Positions 29,345 to 39,816 of a stretch of 64,000 nucleotides of DNA are shown piece after piece. The notes under the pieces were generated by a model. The model made no database searches. It was not told the DNA's origin and saw nothing but the letters and a program-made list of their open reading frames with translations. The DNA is from an uncultured Acidobacteriota bacterium. GTDB taxonomy: Bacteria > Acidobacteriota > Thermoanaerobaculia > UBA5066. Where the stretch lies: contig CAWCSP010000004.1 in the NCBI GenBank assembly GCA_963798215.1, positions 339,880 through 403,879 on the forward strand, written 5' to 3'. The position numbers were made by a program, and so were the translations under genes. How positions within the stretch are numbered: position 1 is the stretch's first letter; each line of letters opens with the position of its first letter.

Positions 29345-31597
29345 TCACGATGACTTGTACCCCGTCTTCGCGTCGTCGGCGGCGGCCGGTTCGTGTTTCT
29401 TGGCCTCCGGCGGGTCTTCGGGCGAGGCGGGATTCGAGCCGGCACCCGAACCGGCCGCGCCGCCGGAGTTGATCAGGACCATCGTCCCCTGGATGGAGAC
29501 CCCGGCAGGGCCGATGTCGATGAAATTGCCTCCGACCTTCAGGCTGATTTGCATGCCGGCCTCGATGATGAGGGTCGTCCCGGCCTTCAGGTGAATGGCC
29601 TGACCGGCGTCGAGGGCGTGGTTCTGAGCGACTTTCTCCTGCTGGTCCCCGCCCACCGTCAGGCTCTGGCCTCCATCCACCGCCTCCATCCGACCACCCT
29701 TGACGTGGAGGTGCTCGTCCTTTTCGACGAGGGCCTTCCGGGCTCCCTTCACGACGGTCTGCAGCGCCTCCTCGCCCACCGGCTCCGTCCCGACGGTGAG
29801 GAACATGGAACCACCGACGATCTGGGAATGTTGCTTTCTGGCGCGAAGGCCGACGTTTCCATAGACGAGTTCCTTGTAGTTACCCCAGGTTTTTCCGTCC
29901 TTCTCTCCACCCACGGTCAGGTGCTTGTTGCTCCCCACGCTCTCCATCGACTCGCCCTTCACTCGGGTGTCCATGTTCCGTTCGGCGTGAAGGAAAACCT
30001 GCTCCTTGCCCTTCGTGTCGTCGAAGCGCCACTCGTTGAACCCTTCGCCCCCGAGCGTCGTGTTCGACTTGATCCCGGACACCTTGTTGTCGTTCTTGTG
30101 CTTGCCGTCCGGTCCGTCGCCGAGGTAGGGCGGCATCTGGTCGGAGTTGTAGACGGTTCCGACGATGATCGGCTGGTCCGGATCCCCTTCCAGGAAGTCG
30201 ACGATCACCTCCTGGCCGATCCGCGGCCAGAAGGAAGCGCCCCAGCGCCGACCCGCGACGGGCTGCCCGACCCGGACCCAGCACGAGCTGTCGGTGTCGT
30301 TCTTCCCCTCCCGGTCCCAGTGGAACTGGACCCGGACGCGGCCGTATTTGTCCGTGTAGATCTCCTCGCCCTTGGGCCCGACGACGACCGCCGTCTGGGT
30401 TCCCCTGACCGTGGGAATGGGCGTGACTCTTGGCGGACGGAAGGGCAGATCGACCGGGAAGCAAGAAAAGTGATTCTGGTAGGTGAAGCCGCCGACTCCG
30501 GAGCGCAGGTCGGCTGCCTCGGACGCGGAATGGCCGACCTGATAGACGACCCAGGCTCCGTCCCCCTCGAAATGGCGCTCGAGCGTGAACTTGTGGCCCG
30601 AGACGACCTGGCGGCAGTTGCTCGCGGCATGCACGAGGACGCTGGCGGACGCCTCGGCCTGCGCCCTGAGGTCCGTGGTCCGGGAGTTGTCCTGGAAGAT
30701 CTTCTGGATCTCTGCCGGCTGCTCGCCACCTGACTTGTTGATTCCGTCGAAGCGCTGGGCGTAGGCGCCAGGAAAGTCATAGAGCTCGAGCGGGGCATTC
30801 GCGGCGACTTTCAGCTTGTGGCTGGACTTGCCTGCGGTGACGGACGCCTGGATGGGCACCGGGGCCTCCGGGGCCTCGAGGTGCTTGTGGGGCAGCTCGA
30901 AGCAGTGGTCCCAGAGCGTCACCTTGCTCGAACGCAGCTCCTGCGCCTTTTCCCATGCATTGACGCGATCCTCCTCGCGAGTCCCGCCCCCGACGGCTTC
31001 GAAGATGAGCTTGCTCGGGCCCGGACTGATGTCCGAATGGCTTCCCGGCGTGTTCGCGATGACCATCTTGTGACTGCCGTCCGCGTGCTTGAAGAAGTAG
31101 TAGATCCCCTCTTCCTCCATGAGCCGGCTCGCGAAGGCGAAGTCGGACTCACGGTATTGCACGCAGTAGTCGCGGGGCTGGAAGGTTCCATTGATTTCCC
31201 AGGCGATGTCGAGACCCTTCAGGACTTTCTTCAGGATGTCGGGAATCGAAAGGTGCTGGAAGATCCGGCTCTGCGTCTTCCGGGACAGGAGGAAGGCCTC
31301 GGGCACGAGGTCCAGGAGGTAGCGCGTGAACGTTGCATCCCGCGCGCCCTGAGCGACGCGAAAGCAGACGCCGTTGATCCACCGTTTCGGGCCTCCCGGC
31401 AGACTGATCTCGGCGGTGACCTTCTGCCCGAGGAGGCTCTCAAAGGGAATCTTCGTGGCGTTCTCGGCGACACACTCGAGCTGGAAAAGGAAGGGCTGTG
31501 AAATCGCCTCGTGCCCGGAGAAGCCGCTCAGGAGGAGATCGTTCTTCCCGAGCGGCGTCTTGACGACGAGCCTGCGACCATCCTGCGTGTAGGCCAT
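29345..31597 (-). CDS. tssI: T6SS spike protein VgrG
   Basis: CVQYRESD..F.SRLMEEEGIYYFF, QTAVVVGP.GEEIYTDKYGRVRVQFHWDR and PRIGQEVIV.FLEGDPDQP motifs. Confidence 0.97.
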   Translation of the reverse strand: MAYTQDGRRLVVKTPLGKNDLLLSGFSGHEAISQPFLFQLECVAENATKIPFESLLGQKVTAEISLPGGPKRWINGVCFRVAQGARDATFTRYLLDLVPEAFLLSRKTQSRIFQHLSIPDILKKVLKGLDIAWEINGTFQPRDYCVQYRESDFAFASRLMEEEGIYYFFKHADGSHKMVIANTPGSHSDISPGPSKLIFEAVGGGTREEDRVNAWEKAQELRSSKVTLWDHCFELPHKHLEAPEAPVPIQASVTAGKSSHKLKVAANAPLELYDFPGAYAQRFDGINKSGGEQPAEIQKIFQDNSRTTDLRAQAEASASVLVHAASNCRQVVSGHKFTLERHFEGDGAWVVYQVGHSASEAADLRSGVGGFTYQNHFSCFPVDLPFRPPRVTPIPTVRGTQTAVVVGPKGEEIYTDKYGRVRVQFHWDREGKNDTDSSCWVRVGQPVAGRRWGASFWPRIGQEVIVDFLEGDPDQPIIVGTVYNSDQMPPYLGDGPDGKHKNDNKVSGIKSNTTLGGEGFNEWRFDDTKGKEQVFLHAERNMDTRVKGESMESVGSNKHLTVGGEKDGKTWGNYKELVYGNVGLRARKQHSQIVGGSMFLTVGTEPVGEEALQTVVKGARKALVEKDEHLHVKGGRMEAVDGGQSLTVGGDQQEKVAQNHALDAGQAIHLKAGTTLIIEAGMQISLKVGGNFIDIGPAGVSIQGTMVLINSGGAAGSGAGSNPASPEDPPEAKKHEPAAADDAKTGYKSS

Positions 31598-31620
31598 TCA
31601 GCTACCTCCCGGACGGAGAG

Positions 31621-34347
31621 TCAGTCGAACTCGTAGCGGAAGTTTCCGCCGTCGCCGACGGTGACGCGCACGCGCGACATCGTCCGGCCCTCGGCCATCC
31701 GGGCGAGGAACTCGCCGGACATCTCGGGGAGGACCGTCCGCGTCAGGATGTGGTCCACGTTGCGCGCGCCGCTCTCGACTTCCTTGCAGCGCGCCACGAT
31801 CTCGGCAATGACGGCCTCGTCGTAGCTGAACGCGGCGCCGTGGTTCTCCTTCAGCCGGCTGCCGATCCGACCGAGCTGCAGCTTGATGATCTCCCGCATG
31901 ACCTTGTCCGAGATCGGGTAGTACGGGACGATGACCATGCGTCCGAGGAGCGCCGGCTTGAAGATCTTGTTCAGCTCGGGCTTGATCGCCTCCACGAGCT
32001 TTTCGGGCTCGGGCGCCGTCTCGGGGTCGGCGCAGAGCTTCATGAGCGTGTCCGTGGCGGCGTTGGACGTCAGGAGGATCACGGTGTTCTTGAAGTCGAT
32101 CTCGCGCCCCTCGCCGTCCTCGAGCATCCCCTTGTCGAAGACCTGGTAGAAGAGCTCCATGACGTCGGGGTGCGCCTTCTCGACCTCGTCGAGAAGGACG
32201 ACGGAGTAGGGCCGGCGCCGCACCGCCTCGGTCAGGACGCCGCCCTCGCCGTACCCCACGTACCCCGGGGGCGAGCCCTTGAGCGAGGAAACGGTGTGCG
32301 CCTCTTGGTACTCCGACATGTTGATCGTGATGAGGTTGCGCTCGCCGCCGTAGAGCGTCTCGGCCAGCGTGATGGCGGTTTCGGTCTTGCCGACGCCGCT
32401 CGGCCCGACGAGGAGGAAGACGCCGATCGGCCGCCGCGGATCCGTCAGATTCGCGCGGGCGGTGCGGATCCGGCTCGCGATCGCCTCGAGGGCGTGCGAC
32501 TGGCCGATGACACGCTGCTCGAGCCGGTCCTTGAGCGCGAGAACGGTGTGGATCTCATCCGTCAGCATCTTCCCGACCGGGATCCCGGTCCAGCCGGAAA
32601 TGACCTCGGCGATCGTCTGCGACGTGACGCACGCCTGCATGAGGGGGGATTCGCCCTGCAGCTTCTCGAGCTCCCTGTTGAGCGCGTCGAGCTCGGCCTT
32701 GAGCGCTGCGGGGTCGGGCGGCGGGCCTGCCGGCGCGGCGGGGGCGGCGGCCGGTGTCACGGACTTCTCTCCGGGTCCCGCGGGCTTGGCGGGGGCCGCC
32801 TTCTTCCTCGGGGCTGCCAGATCCTCCAGTGTCGTGCGGATCTCTCGGATCTTCCCGATCAGCTCGCGCTCCTTGTCCCATTGCGCCTTGAGGCTGGCGA
32901 GGCTCGCCTCGGCGGCGGCCTTGCGCGCCGTGAGCTCGGCGAGGCGTTCCTTGTGGTCGGCGCCGGTGGCTTCCTCGCGCGCGAGGACCTCGATCTCGGC
33001 CGCGCTGTGGTCGATCGCCCTCTGCGCGTCCTCGACCGCGGGGGGAGTCGCGGCCTGACCGATCGCGACGCGGGCGCAGGCCGTGTCGAGAACGGAGACG
33101 GACTTGTCGGGCAGCTGCCGCCCCGAGATGTACCGGTGCGAGAGACGGACCGCGTCCTCCACCGCCTCGTCGAGGATGCGCACCTTGTGGTGGTTCTCGA
33201 GAGGCTCCGTGAGGCCGCGCATCATGATGATGGCGGTTTCCTCGGTCGGCTCTTCGACCTTGACGACCTGGAAGCGCCGGGCGAGCGCCGCGTCCTTCTC
33301 GAAGTACTTCTTGTACTCGGCCCAGGTGGTGGCGGCGATCGTGCGCAGCTCGCCGCGCGCGAGGGCAGGCTTCAGAAGATTCGCGGCGTCGTTCTGGCCG
33401 GCCTGGCCGCCGGCGCCGATCATCGTGTGCGCCTCGTCGATGAAGACGATGATCGGCTGGGGCGAGGCCTTCACTTCCTCGATGACGGACTTGAGCCGGT
33501 TCTCGAACTCCCCCTTGATTCCGGCGCCGGCCTGCAGGAGCCCGAGATCGAGGGTCCTCACGGCGACGTTCTTCAACGGACCCGGAACGTCTCCCTGAGC
33601 GATGCGGAGTGCGAAACCCTCGACGACGGCCGTCTTCCCGACGCCGGCCTCGCCGGTGAGGATGGGATTGTTCTGGCGTCGCCGCGTGAGGATGTCGATG
33701 ACCTGGCGGATCTCGAAGTCCCGCCCGAGGATCGGGTCGATGTGGCCGCCTTTCGCGCGGGCCGTCAGGTCGACGGTGTACTGGTCGAGCGCCTTCGTGC
33801 GGCCGGGGACGCCCGTCGCGCTTCCCGCCGCATCGCCGGCCGGTGCCTCGCCGAGCGCGGCCGCGTCGCGGTCCTCGACCGAGCCCGAGACGATCTTGTC
33901 GAAGTCCTTTCGGAGCGTCTCGACGGAGATCGCCGCGAACTCCTTGGAGATCTCGCGCGCGAGGCGGGCGAATTCGTCCTTCTCGAGGAGGGCGAGGAGA
34001 ATGTGCGCCGAGCGCACCCGCGAGGCGCCGAAGTCGATCGAGCCGACGAGCCAGGCTTCCTCCACGAGTTTCGGGAGGCGCGGGGACAGGGCCGGCGTGC
34101 GGGTGTTTCCGGTCTTGAGCCGGTCGAGGGATCTCACGAGGTCCTTGGCGAGGCGGGACTCGTCGATCTCGAAGCGGCGCAGGACCCGGTGAAAGTCCGT
34201 GTCCGGCGTCTCACCCAGCTTGACGAGCAGGTGCTCGACGTCGACGTCGTAGTTCGTTCGCGACAGGCAGAGCCCGGCGGCGCCCTCGAGGGCGTTGCGG
34301 CAGGTGTCGTTCAGTCGGCCTATGAGGGACTTCAGATTCGCGCTCAT
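31621..34347 (-). CDS. tssH: T6SS ATPase ClpV
   Basis: RRRQNNPILTGEAGVGKT, GPSGVGKTETA and ESGARNVD motifs, ClpV-type N-domain. Confidence 0.97.
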   Translation of the reverse strand: MSANLKSLIGRLNDTCRNALEGAAGLCLSRTNYDVDVEHLLVKLGETPDTDFHRVLRRFEIDESRLAKDLVRSLDRLKTGNTRTPALSPRLPKLVEEAWLVGSIDFGASRVRSAHILLALLEKDEFARLAREISKEFAAISVETLRKDFDKIVSGSVEDRDAAALGEAPAGDAAGSATGVPGRTKALDQYTVDLTARAKGGHIDPILGRDFEIRQVIDILTRRRQNNPILTGEAGVGKTAVVEGFALRIAQGDVPGPLKNVAVRTLDLGLLQAGAGIKGEFENRLKSVIEEVKASPQPIIVFIDEAHTMIGAGGQAGQNDAANLLKPALARGELRTIAATTWAEYKKYFEKDAALARRFQVVKVEEPTEETAIIMMRGLTEPLENHHKVRILDEAVEDAVRLSHRYISGRQLPDKSVSVLDTACARVAIGQAATPPAVEDAQRAIDHSAAEIEVLAREEATGADHKERLAELTARKAAAEASLASLKAQWDKERELIGKIREIRTTLEDLAAPRKKAAPAKPAGPGEKSVTPAAAPAAPAGPPPDPAALKAELDALNRELEKLQGESPLMQACVTSQTIAEVISGWTGIPVGKMLTDEIHTVLALKDRLEQRVIGQSHALEAIASRIRTARANLTDPRRPIGVFLLVGPSGVGKTETAITLAETLYGGERNLITINMSEYQEAHTVSSLKGSPPGYVGYGEGGVLTEAVRRRPYSVVLLDEVEKAHPDVMELFYQVFDKGMLEDGEGREIDFKNTVILLTSNAATDTLMKLCADPETAPEPEKLVEAIKPELNKIFKPALLGRMVIVPYYPISDKVMREIIKLQLGRIGSRLKENHGAAFSYDEAVIAEIVARCKEVESGARNVDHILTRTVLPEMSGEFLARMAEGRTMSRVRVTVGDGGNFRYEFD

Positions 34348-34390
34348 GGTCGCTTCCTTCCTCGTCTGACGTCTGGAACGGAGGCCTATC

Positions 34391-35380
34391 CTAGTTCATG
34401 GATTCGAGAATCAGGTCCGAGGCGTCCGCGGGCGACGGGCCGCTCTTGAGCCAGGTCGTCCAGCCGAGCATCGGCGGGGCGGTCGCGTCGGACCTCAGGT
34501 GGCACTCGGGGATCTCCTCCCTCTTGAGGACCAGCTGGACGTCGAAGTCGTACTCGACGCCGACAAGGAAGCGGACGAGGTCGTTCAGCGGCGCCCAGCC
34601 GCTTCCGCGCGGCAGGAAGACCTGGAAGGAGGCGAAACCCAGCGGGCCGAGGCGGAGCCGGAAGCGGGACTGGTTGTTCCAGACGTGGTCGCCACAGACG
34701 AGATCGTGGCCGAGCCGGCTGTTGCGGGACCCCAGGCAAGACTGGTCCTCCGGCTCGAGGTCGAGCCACTGGCCGACGAACTGCCGCGTGGCGACGGGAA
34801 CGCCGAAGTAGTCGCGGAGGATGCCCTCGAGAGCGCTCGCGGAGTGGGGGCGCTGCGCGATGAGGCCCGCGTACAGGAGGATCGCGTCGTCGGGAACGCT
34901 CTGGCGCCCGCGGAGCCCGCCCGTTCCGAGGCCGACCAGCGCGAAAAGGCCATCGACGAACGGGTCGTCGCCGCCGCTTTCGTACACGATGGGAAAGCGG
35001 TACTTCTGCCACGCGCGGTGGAACAGCGACAGGAAACGGTGGTTGAACAGGTCGAGGAACTCCCAGAGCGCATGGTCCTTGTAGCGGACCCGCTCGATCA
35101 GGAGCTCGGTGTATGGGATGGGGAGGACGCCGAGCGGGCCGGTCGTTCCTCCGATCGCCACGGTGACCTCGGGGGGGCGGTCGGGGTCGGGATCGATGCG
35201 CAGGTCGTGGATCTCGCTGGGCGGGAACTCCAGAGTGGCGCGGGTCCTAAAGCGCGCGATCTCCCGCGCGGGCGGCCCGTCGTGGCCGACCGGGGCGCGC
35301 GACGGCGAGAGCCGGGCCAGCAGCCGGACGGCCTGAAAGAACCCGAAACGCTCGGGACGCGTCCGCAGCCGCTCGTTCAA
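34391..35380 (-). CDS. tssG: T6SS baseplate TssG
   Basis: FGFFQAVRLL, GPLGVLP..YTE, FLDLFNHR and LGWTTWL motifs. TTG start overlaps the tssF stop (start approximate). Confidence 0.93.
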   Translation of the reverse strand: MNERLRTRPERFGFFQAVRLLARLSPSRAPVGHDGPPAREIARFRTRATLEFPPSEIHDLRIDPDPDRPPEVTVAIGGTTGPLGVLPIPYTELLIERVRYKDHALWEFLDLFNHRFLSLFHRAWQKYRFPIVYESGGDDPFVDGLFALVGLGTGGLRGRQSVPDDAILLYAGLIAQRPHSASALEGILRDYFGVPVATRQFVGQWLDLEPEDQSCLGSRNSRLGHDLVCGDHVWNNQSRFRLRLGPLGFASFQVFLPRGSGWAPLNDLVRFLVGVEYDFDVQLVLKREEIPECHLRSDATAPPMLGWTTWLKSGPSPADASDLILESMN

Positions 35381-37233
35381 AGGACGATCTGATCGCCGGT
35401 ACGCGGCGGCCAGCGGCGCAGGATTCCCTCGCGCTGCTTCGTCGACACCACGAGCTGGCTGAAGGAGTTCACGGAGGCGTAGAGCGAGAGGAAGCGCTCG
35501 AGCACGGACGCGAACAGATAGACGCCCGAGCCGACGAAGTTCTGTTCGTCGAGCTCGACCGACACCTCGAGTCCCCGCACGAATCCCGGGTGGATGTCGC
35601 GAAGCGGCCGGACGACCCGGCGTGCGGAAAGGTTCGAGATCCCGTCGATCTGCTGCCGGGTGACGGACGAATCGGAGATGTCGTAGAGCCGCAGGATTTC
35701 CCGCAACGCCTCCGGGCCCTTCTCTCCCTCGCGCTCGACGAGCGACAGGATGTTCAGGGCGAGGTGCGAGATGAGCCTCCATTGGGCGCCGCGCCGGAGC
35801 GGCGGCCGGAGGCTCGCGGTCGGTTTCACGAGGCTTCGGATCGCGCTGAATACCCCGGGCCCCTCGAGCTGGAAGTCCCCGTCGGGATTGCCGAACGGGA
35901 GGCGGCCGGGAAGGTCGCGGTTCGAGCTGGTCACGTGCACGGTGAGGGTGTCGGTGTCGGGCACGGTCGGATCGAAGTTCATGTCGACGAGCGTCAGAAA
36001 GACCTCGGTCCCATCGTCGTCCTTGCGTTCCGACGGGCGCCGGCTCGCGTGCCAGAGCGCCTGCTGACCCGCGCGCTCCGCATCGTGGCGGAACGCGAAG
36101 AACGGCTGATAGGTCCGCACGGTCTCGACGTCGGCACCCGTCGACGTCACGCTGTCGACCGACCAGACCTCGTGCGCTCCCGGACGCCTCAGATTCGGGA
36201 TGACGCGATACTCGTGACTCAGGTGGGTCACCCGGATGGGCTCGGCCATCTGCGAGAAGAGGTTGACGATGGGCGTGGCGTGCAGACGGAAGGTCTGCGC
36301 CGAGACGCTCCGTTCCGAGGCGAAGGGGTGCGCGAGAAGGATCCGCACGTCGAGCGTGTCCGTGAAGCCGCGCCCCTTGAGCCGCTCGAGTCCGTCGAGG
36401 TCCACGAAGAGGAACTTCTCCGGGAAGGAGAAGTACTCCTGAAGGACGCGGTACCCCCGGAAGAGGCGGTCCGGCGTCGGCAGGAGGGATTCGGCGTCGG
36501 CGAATCCGACGGGCCGGAGAGCCTCCGGCCCCAGCCTGAGCGCCTCGGAGTCGGGAGTGGAGGCCTGAGGCCTCAGCTCGACGGCAAGGGCGTCGTTGAA
36601 GAGCGTTTCGTAGAGCGCGTGCACGACCTTGCCTTCGCCCTGAAGGTAGAAGCGAACCCGGGAAAGCGGACGCTCGTCGCCCTCGGACGTCTTTTCCTTG
36701 AGCTCGGACAGCGCGGCGCCTCCGAGAACCCGCAGGTCGAGGTGGAGCATCGTCCGCGCATCCCGGCCGCCGATCGTGACCGCGGGCGCCTGTTCGAAGC
36801 GGGCGGCTCTCACGTCGAGGGGCCAGATCGTGACCGGATAGGCGGTCCGGAAGCGACACGGGATTCCGTCGACCGGAGCGGACGCGAGCGTCGAACCTTT
36901 CGGAATCGTCTGTCCCGTCTGCATGCTCACTTGTTCGGCGTTGAGGACGAACTGGACCACGGACATCGAGGGCACGGGCGCGAGGAACGTGGGGTACAGG
37001 ATTCCAAGAAGCGATTCCGTGATCTCGGGGAATTCGTCGTCGATCTTGAGGCGCACGCGTGCCGCGAGGAACGCGAACGCCTCGAGAAGCCGTTCGACGT
37101 GCGGGTCGTCGCACTTGTCCGGTTCGAGCTGCAGGCGGGACGCGACTTTCGGGTACTTGTCGGCGAATTCGGCGCCCATGTGGCGGAGGAAACTCAGCTC
37201 GCGCTCGTAGTACTCCAGAAGGTCGGTGCGCAT
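35377..37233 (-). CDS. tssF: T6SS baseplate TssF
   Basis: YYERELSFLR, DPHVERLLEAFAFL, LQEYFSFPEKF, YASVNSFSQL and WPPRTG motifs. Confidence 0.96.
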   Translation of the reverse strand: MRTDLLEYYERELSFLRHMGAEFADKYPKVASRLQLEPDKCDDPHVERLLEAFAFLAARVRLKIDDEFPEITESLLGILYPTFLAPVPSMSVVQFVLNAEQVSMQTGQTIPKGSTLASAPVDGIPCRFRTAYPVTIWPLDVRAARFEQAPAVTIGGRDARTMLHLDLRVLGGAALSELKEKTSEGDERPLSRVRFYLQGEGKVVHALYETLFNDALAVELRPQASTPDSEALRLGPEALRPVGFADAESLLPTPDRLFRGYRVLQEYFSFPEKFLFVDLDGLERLKGRGFTDTLDVRILLAHPFASERSVSAQTFRLHATPIVNLFSQMAEPIRVTHLSHEYRVIPNLRRPGAHEVWSVDSVTSTGADVETVRTYQPFFAFRHDAERAGQQALWHASRRPSERKDDDGTEVFLTLVDMNFDPTVPDTDTLTVHVTSSNRDLPGRLPFGNPDGDFQLEGPGVFSAIRSLVKPTASLRPPLRRGAQWRLISHLALNILSLVEREGEKGPEALREILRLYDISDSSVTRQQIDGISNLSARRVVRPLRDIHPGFVRGLEVSVELDEQNFVGSGVYLFASVLERFLSLYASVNSFSQLVVSTKQREGILRRWPPRTGDQIVL

Positions 37234-37715
37234 CACTCGCCCTTGACCGCGAAGTTGCCGCTCCCGAGCTGAAGCGTCGTGTCGAAGGAGATCGGCTCCG
37301 GGACCGGATCGATGCGCAGTCGCGCCTCGATCTTGAAGCGGAAGGCGCGTTCGAGGGCGGACGCGTTCGCGACGCTCACGACGACGTCCTCGAGGCGGGG
37401 CTCGAACCTCCGGAGCGCGGTTTCCAGCGCGAGGGTGAGGCTGCTCTGGTCGGCGGCGTCTTTCACGGTGACGTTGGAGAAGTCCGGAAGGCCGTACGCG
37501 AGCAGGGAATCGGCGAGGAGCGGCAGCTCGTCGGGCACCTCGAACGCGAGGCGGGTGTTGAGGAGCCACTCGAGGTCCCGCCGGAGGGCCTGCTTGACCT
37601 GTCGAAGGGCCTTCGAGCGCGAGACGGGCGGCTCGTTCTTCGCCTCGGGCTCGAAATCCACGAGGCGGTCGAGGACCGACAGGTTGATCCGGATCTCCTC
37701 GTCGATCCTCGGCAT
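37233..37715 (-). CDS. tssE: T6SS baseplate TssE (gp25-like)
   Basis: SVLDRL, RRDLEWLLNTR, YGLPD and RFEPRL motifs. Confidence 0.95.
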   Translation of the reverse strand: MPRIDEEIRINLSVLDRLVDFEPEAKNEPPVSRSKALRQVKQALRRDLEWLLNTRLAFEVPDELPLLADSLLAYGLPDFSNVTVKDAADQSSLTLALETALRRFEPRLEDVVVSVANASALERAFRFKIEARLRIDPVPEPISFDTTLQLGSGNFAVKGE

Positions 37716-37779
37716 GGTGCGTGGCCGGGGCGGGTGGCGAGGCCGGCGACGAATCGCCGGCCTTTGGCCGTCCCGTCCC

Positions 37780-39264
37780 TTACCCTCTCGTCGGAGGCGG
37801 CAGCTCCGCCACCAGGCGCAGGGAGACCGACAGCTCGTCGAGCTGGAAGTGCGGCCTGAGGAACGCGATCGCCTTGTAGACGCCGGGCTTGCCCGGCACC
37901 TCCGCGACCTCGATGCGGGCCTCTCGAAGCGGGAACTGCGCCTTGACGGACGGCGAGGCCGTGTCGTCGGGCGTGACGTAGTTCGAGATCCACCGGTTGA
38001 GGAAGAACTCCACGTCCTTGCGCGAAGCGAAGCTGCCGATCTTGTCCCGCATGATCGTCTTGAGGTAGTGGGCGAAGCGGGACACGGCGAAGATGTAGGG
38101 GAGCTGCGTCGAGAGACGCGCGTTCGCGTTCGCGAAATCGGTGTCGTACTTCTTCGCTTTCTGGGCCGATTGCCCGCCGAAGAACGCCGCGTAGTCGGTG
38201 TTCTTGCAGTGGACGAGCGAGAGGAACCCGAGGTCCGAGAACTCCTTCTCGCGGCGATCGGTGATCGAGATCTCGGTCGGGCACTTCAGCGCCACGTCGC
38301 CTTCGTCCGTCTGGAAGGTGTGGACCGGAAGCCCCTGGACGAGCCCGCCCCCCTCCACGCCGCGGATCGCGACGGTCCAGTTGTAGAGAGCGAAGGCCTC
38401 GGTCAGGCGCGTCCCGAACGAATAGGCGGCGTTCCCCCAGAGGTACTTCTTGTGGTCCTTGCCGTCCACGTCCTCCTCGAAATTGAACGACTCGGTCGGC
38501 ACCGTTTCCTTTCCGTAGGGGAGGCGCATGAGCGTGTGGGGGAGGGTGAGCCCCACGTAGCGCGAGTCTTCCGAGTCGCGGAACGAGCGCCACTTCGCAT
38601 ACTCGGTCCGGTCGAAGATCTTGGCGAGGTCGCGCACTTCGGTCAGCTCGGTGTAGCTCTGCCAGCCGAACATCTCGGGAGAGGCCGCCGAGATGAAGGG
38701 CGCGTTGGCCGCTGCGGCGACGCCCGCGATCTTTTCGAGGAGCGACATGTCCTGCGGGTGGTTTCCGAACTCGTAATCCCCGATCAGCGCGCCGAATGGA
38801 GCGCCGCCGAACGTGCCGTACTCCTCTTCGTAGATCTTCTTGAAGAGGGCGGACTGGTCGAACTCCGCTGCCCGCTCGAGGTCCTTGAGGAGGTCCTTCT
38901 TGGAGACGTTCAGCACGCGGATCTTGAGCATCGTCGAGGTTTCGCTCTCGAAGACGAGATGCTTCAGGCCGCGCCAGCTTCCCTCGAGCTTCTGGTAATC
39001 CGGGTGGTGCATGATCTCGTTGAGCTGCGCCGAAAGGAGCTTGTCGATCGCGGCGATGCGCGCGTTGATCGTGTGCTCGAGGTCCTTGGAGAGGACCACC
39101 TGCCCCTGAAGCGCCTGCTGGACGAACTCGGCCAGCATGTCCTTGGCGTTGTCGACCTGGTCCTCGCGAAGGGCCAGGCGCCCGCTGTCGAGGATCTTGT
39201 TGAGAAGACCCCCGTCCTGCTCCTGAACGACGGATTCGGCTTTCTTCTCGGGGTTCTTACTCAT
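37780..39264 (-). CDS. tssC: T6SS sheath large subunit TssC (VipB)
   Basis: LEGSWRGL, YEEEYGTFGG.P, KCPTEISITDRRE, SRFAHYLK and LRPHFQL motifs. Confidence 0.97.
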   Translation of the reverse strand: MSKNPEKKAESVVQEQDGGLLNKILDSGRLALREDQVDNAKDMLAEFVQQALQGQVVLSKDLEHTINARIAAIDKLLSAQLNEIMHHPDYQKLEGSWRGLKHLVFESETSTMLKIRVLNVSKKDLLKDLERAAEFDQSALFKKIYEEEYGTFGGAPFGALIGDYEFGNHPQDMSLLEKIAGVAAAANAPFISAASPEMFGWQSYTELTEVRDLAKIFDRTEYAKWRSFRDSEDSRYVGLTLPHTLMRLPYGKETVPTESFNFEEDVDGKDHKKYLWGNAAYSFGTRLTEAFALYNWTVAIRGVEGGGLVQGLPVHTFQTDEGDVALKCPTEISITDRREKEFSDLGFLSLVHCKNTDYAAFFGGQSAQKAKKYDTDFANANARLSTQLPYIFAVSRFAHYLKTIMRDKIGSFASRKDVEFFLNRWISNYVTPDDTASPSVKAQFPLREARIEVAEVPGKPGVYKAIAFLRPHFQLDELSVSLRLVAELPPPTRG

Positions 39265-39796
39265 TGGGCTCTTCCTTCTTCGGCTCCTCGTCCGTCACGA
39301 CGCCGAGCTGCTTCCCGAGCTGCTTCTGGGCGTTCGGGTCCTTGAGGAGGTCCGTCAGCATCGCCTCCAGCTTGTCGTTCCCGTCGGTCTTCGACAGGAT
39401 GTCGCGGAGCTTCTGGCGCGCTTCGACGAGCTTTCTCAGGGGCTCGACCTGCTGGACGACCTGATCGGGCTCGAAGTCCGTCATGTTGTTGAACTTCATC
39501 TCGACGTTCATCTTGCTGCCGTCGTCGGAGAGCTTGTTGTCGACGCGGAGGGCAAGGCGTGGCGCCTGCGCCGCGAGGACCTGATCGAAGTTGTCGCGGT
39601 CGATTTCGATCAGCTTCCGGTCCTTCAGCCTGGGGAGCTGCTCGACGGGCTGGCCGGAGAAGTCGCCGAGGACTCCGACGACGAACGGCAGCTCCTTCAT
39701 CTCGATCGCCCCGCCGATCTCGACGTCGTACGTGATCTGCACGCGGGGAGGGCGGATCCTCTTCAGTTTCTGCTGGATGCTTTCCTTTTTCGGCAT
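39257..39796 (-). CDS. tssB: T6SS sheath small subunit TssB (VipA)
   Basis: RPPRVQITYDVE, ELPFVVGVLGDFSG and DFEPDQVVQQV motifs. Confidence 0.97.
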   Translation of the reverse strand: MPKKESIQQKLKRIRPPRVQITYDVEIGGAIEMKELPFVVGVLGDFSGQPVEQLPRLKDRKLIEIDRDNFDQVLAAQAPRLALRVDNKLSDDGSKMNVEMKFNNMTDFEPDQVVQQVEPLRKLVEARQKLRDILSKTDGNDKLEAMLTDLLKDPNAQKQLGKQLGVVTDEEPKKEEPNE

Positions 39797-39816
39797 GACT
39801 CCCTCCCTCAGGTTCC

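Noticed and set aside
31750-34449. 899-aa plus-strand ORF, and similar long ORFs over tssM (45650-49291) and tssC
   Set aside because: Shadow frames of well-supported tss genes.
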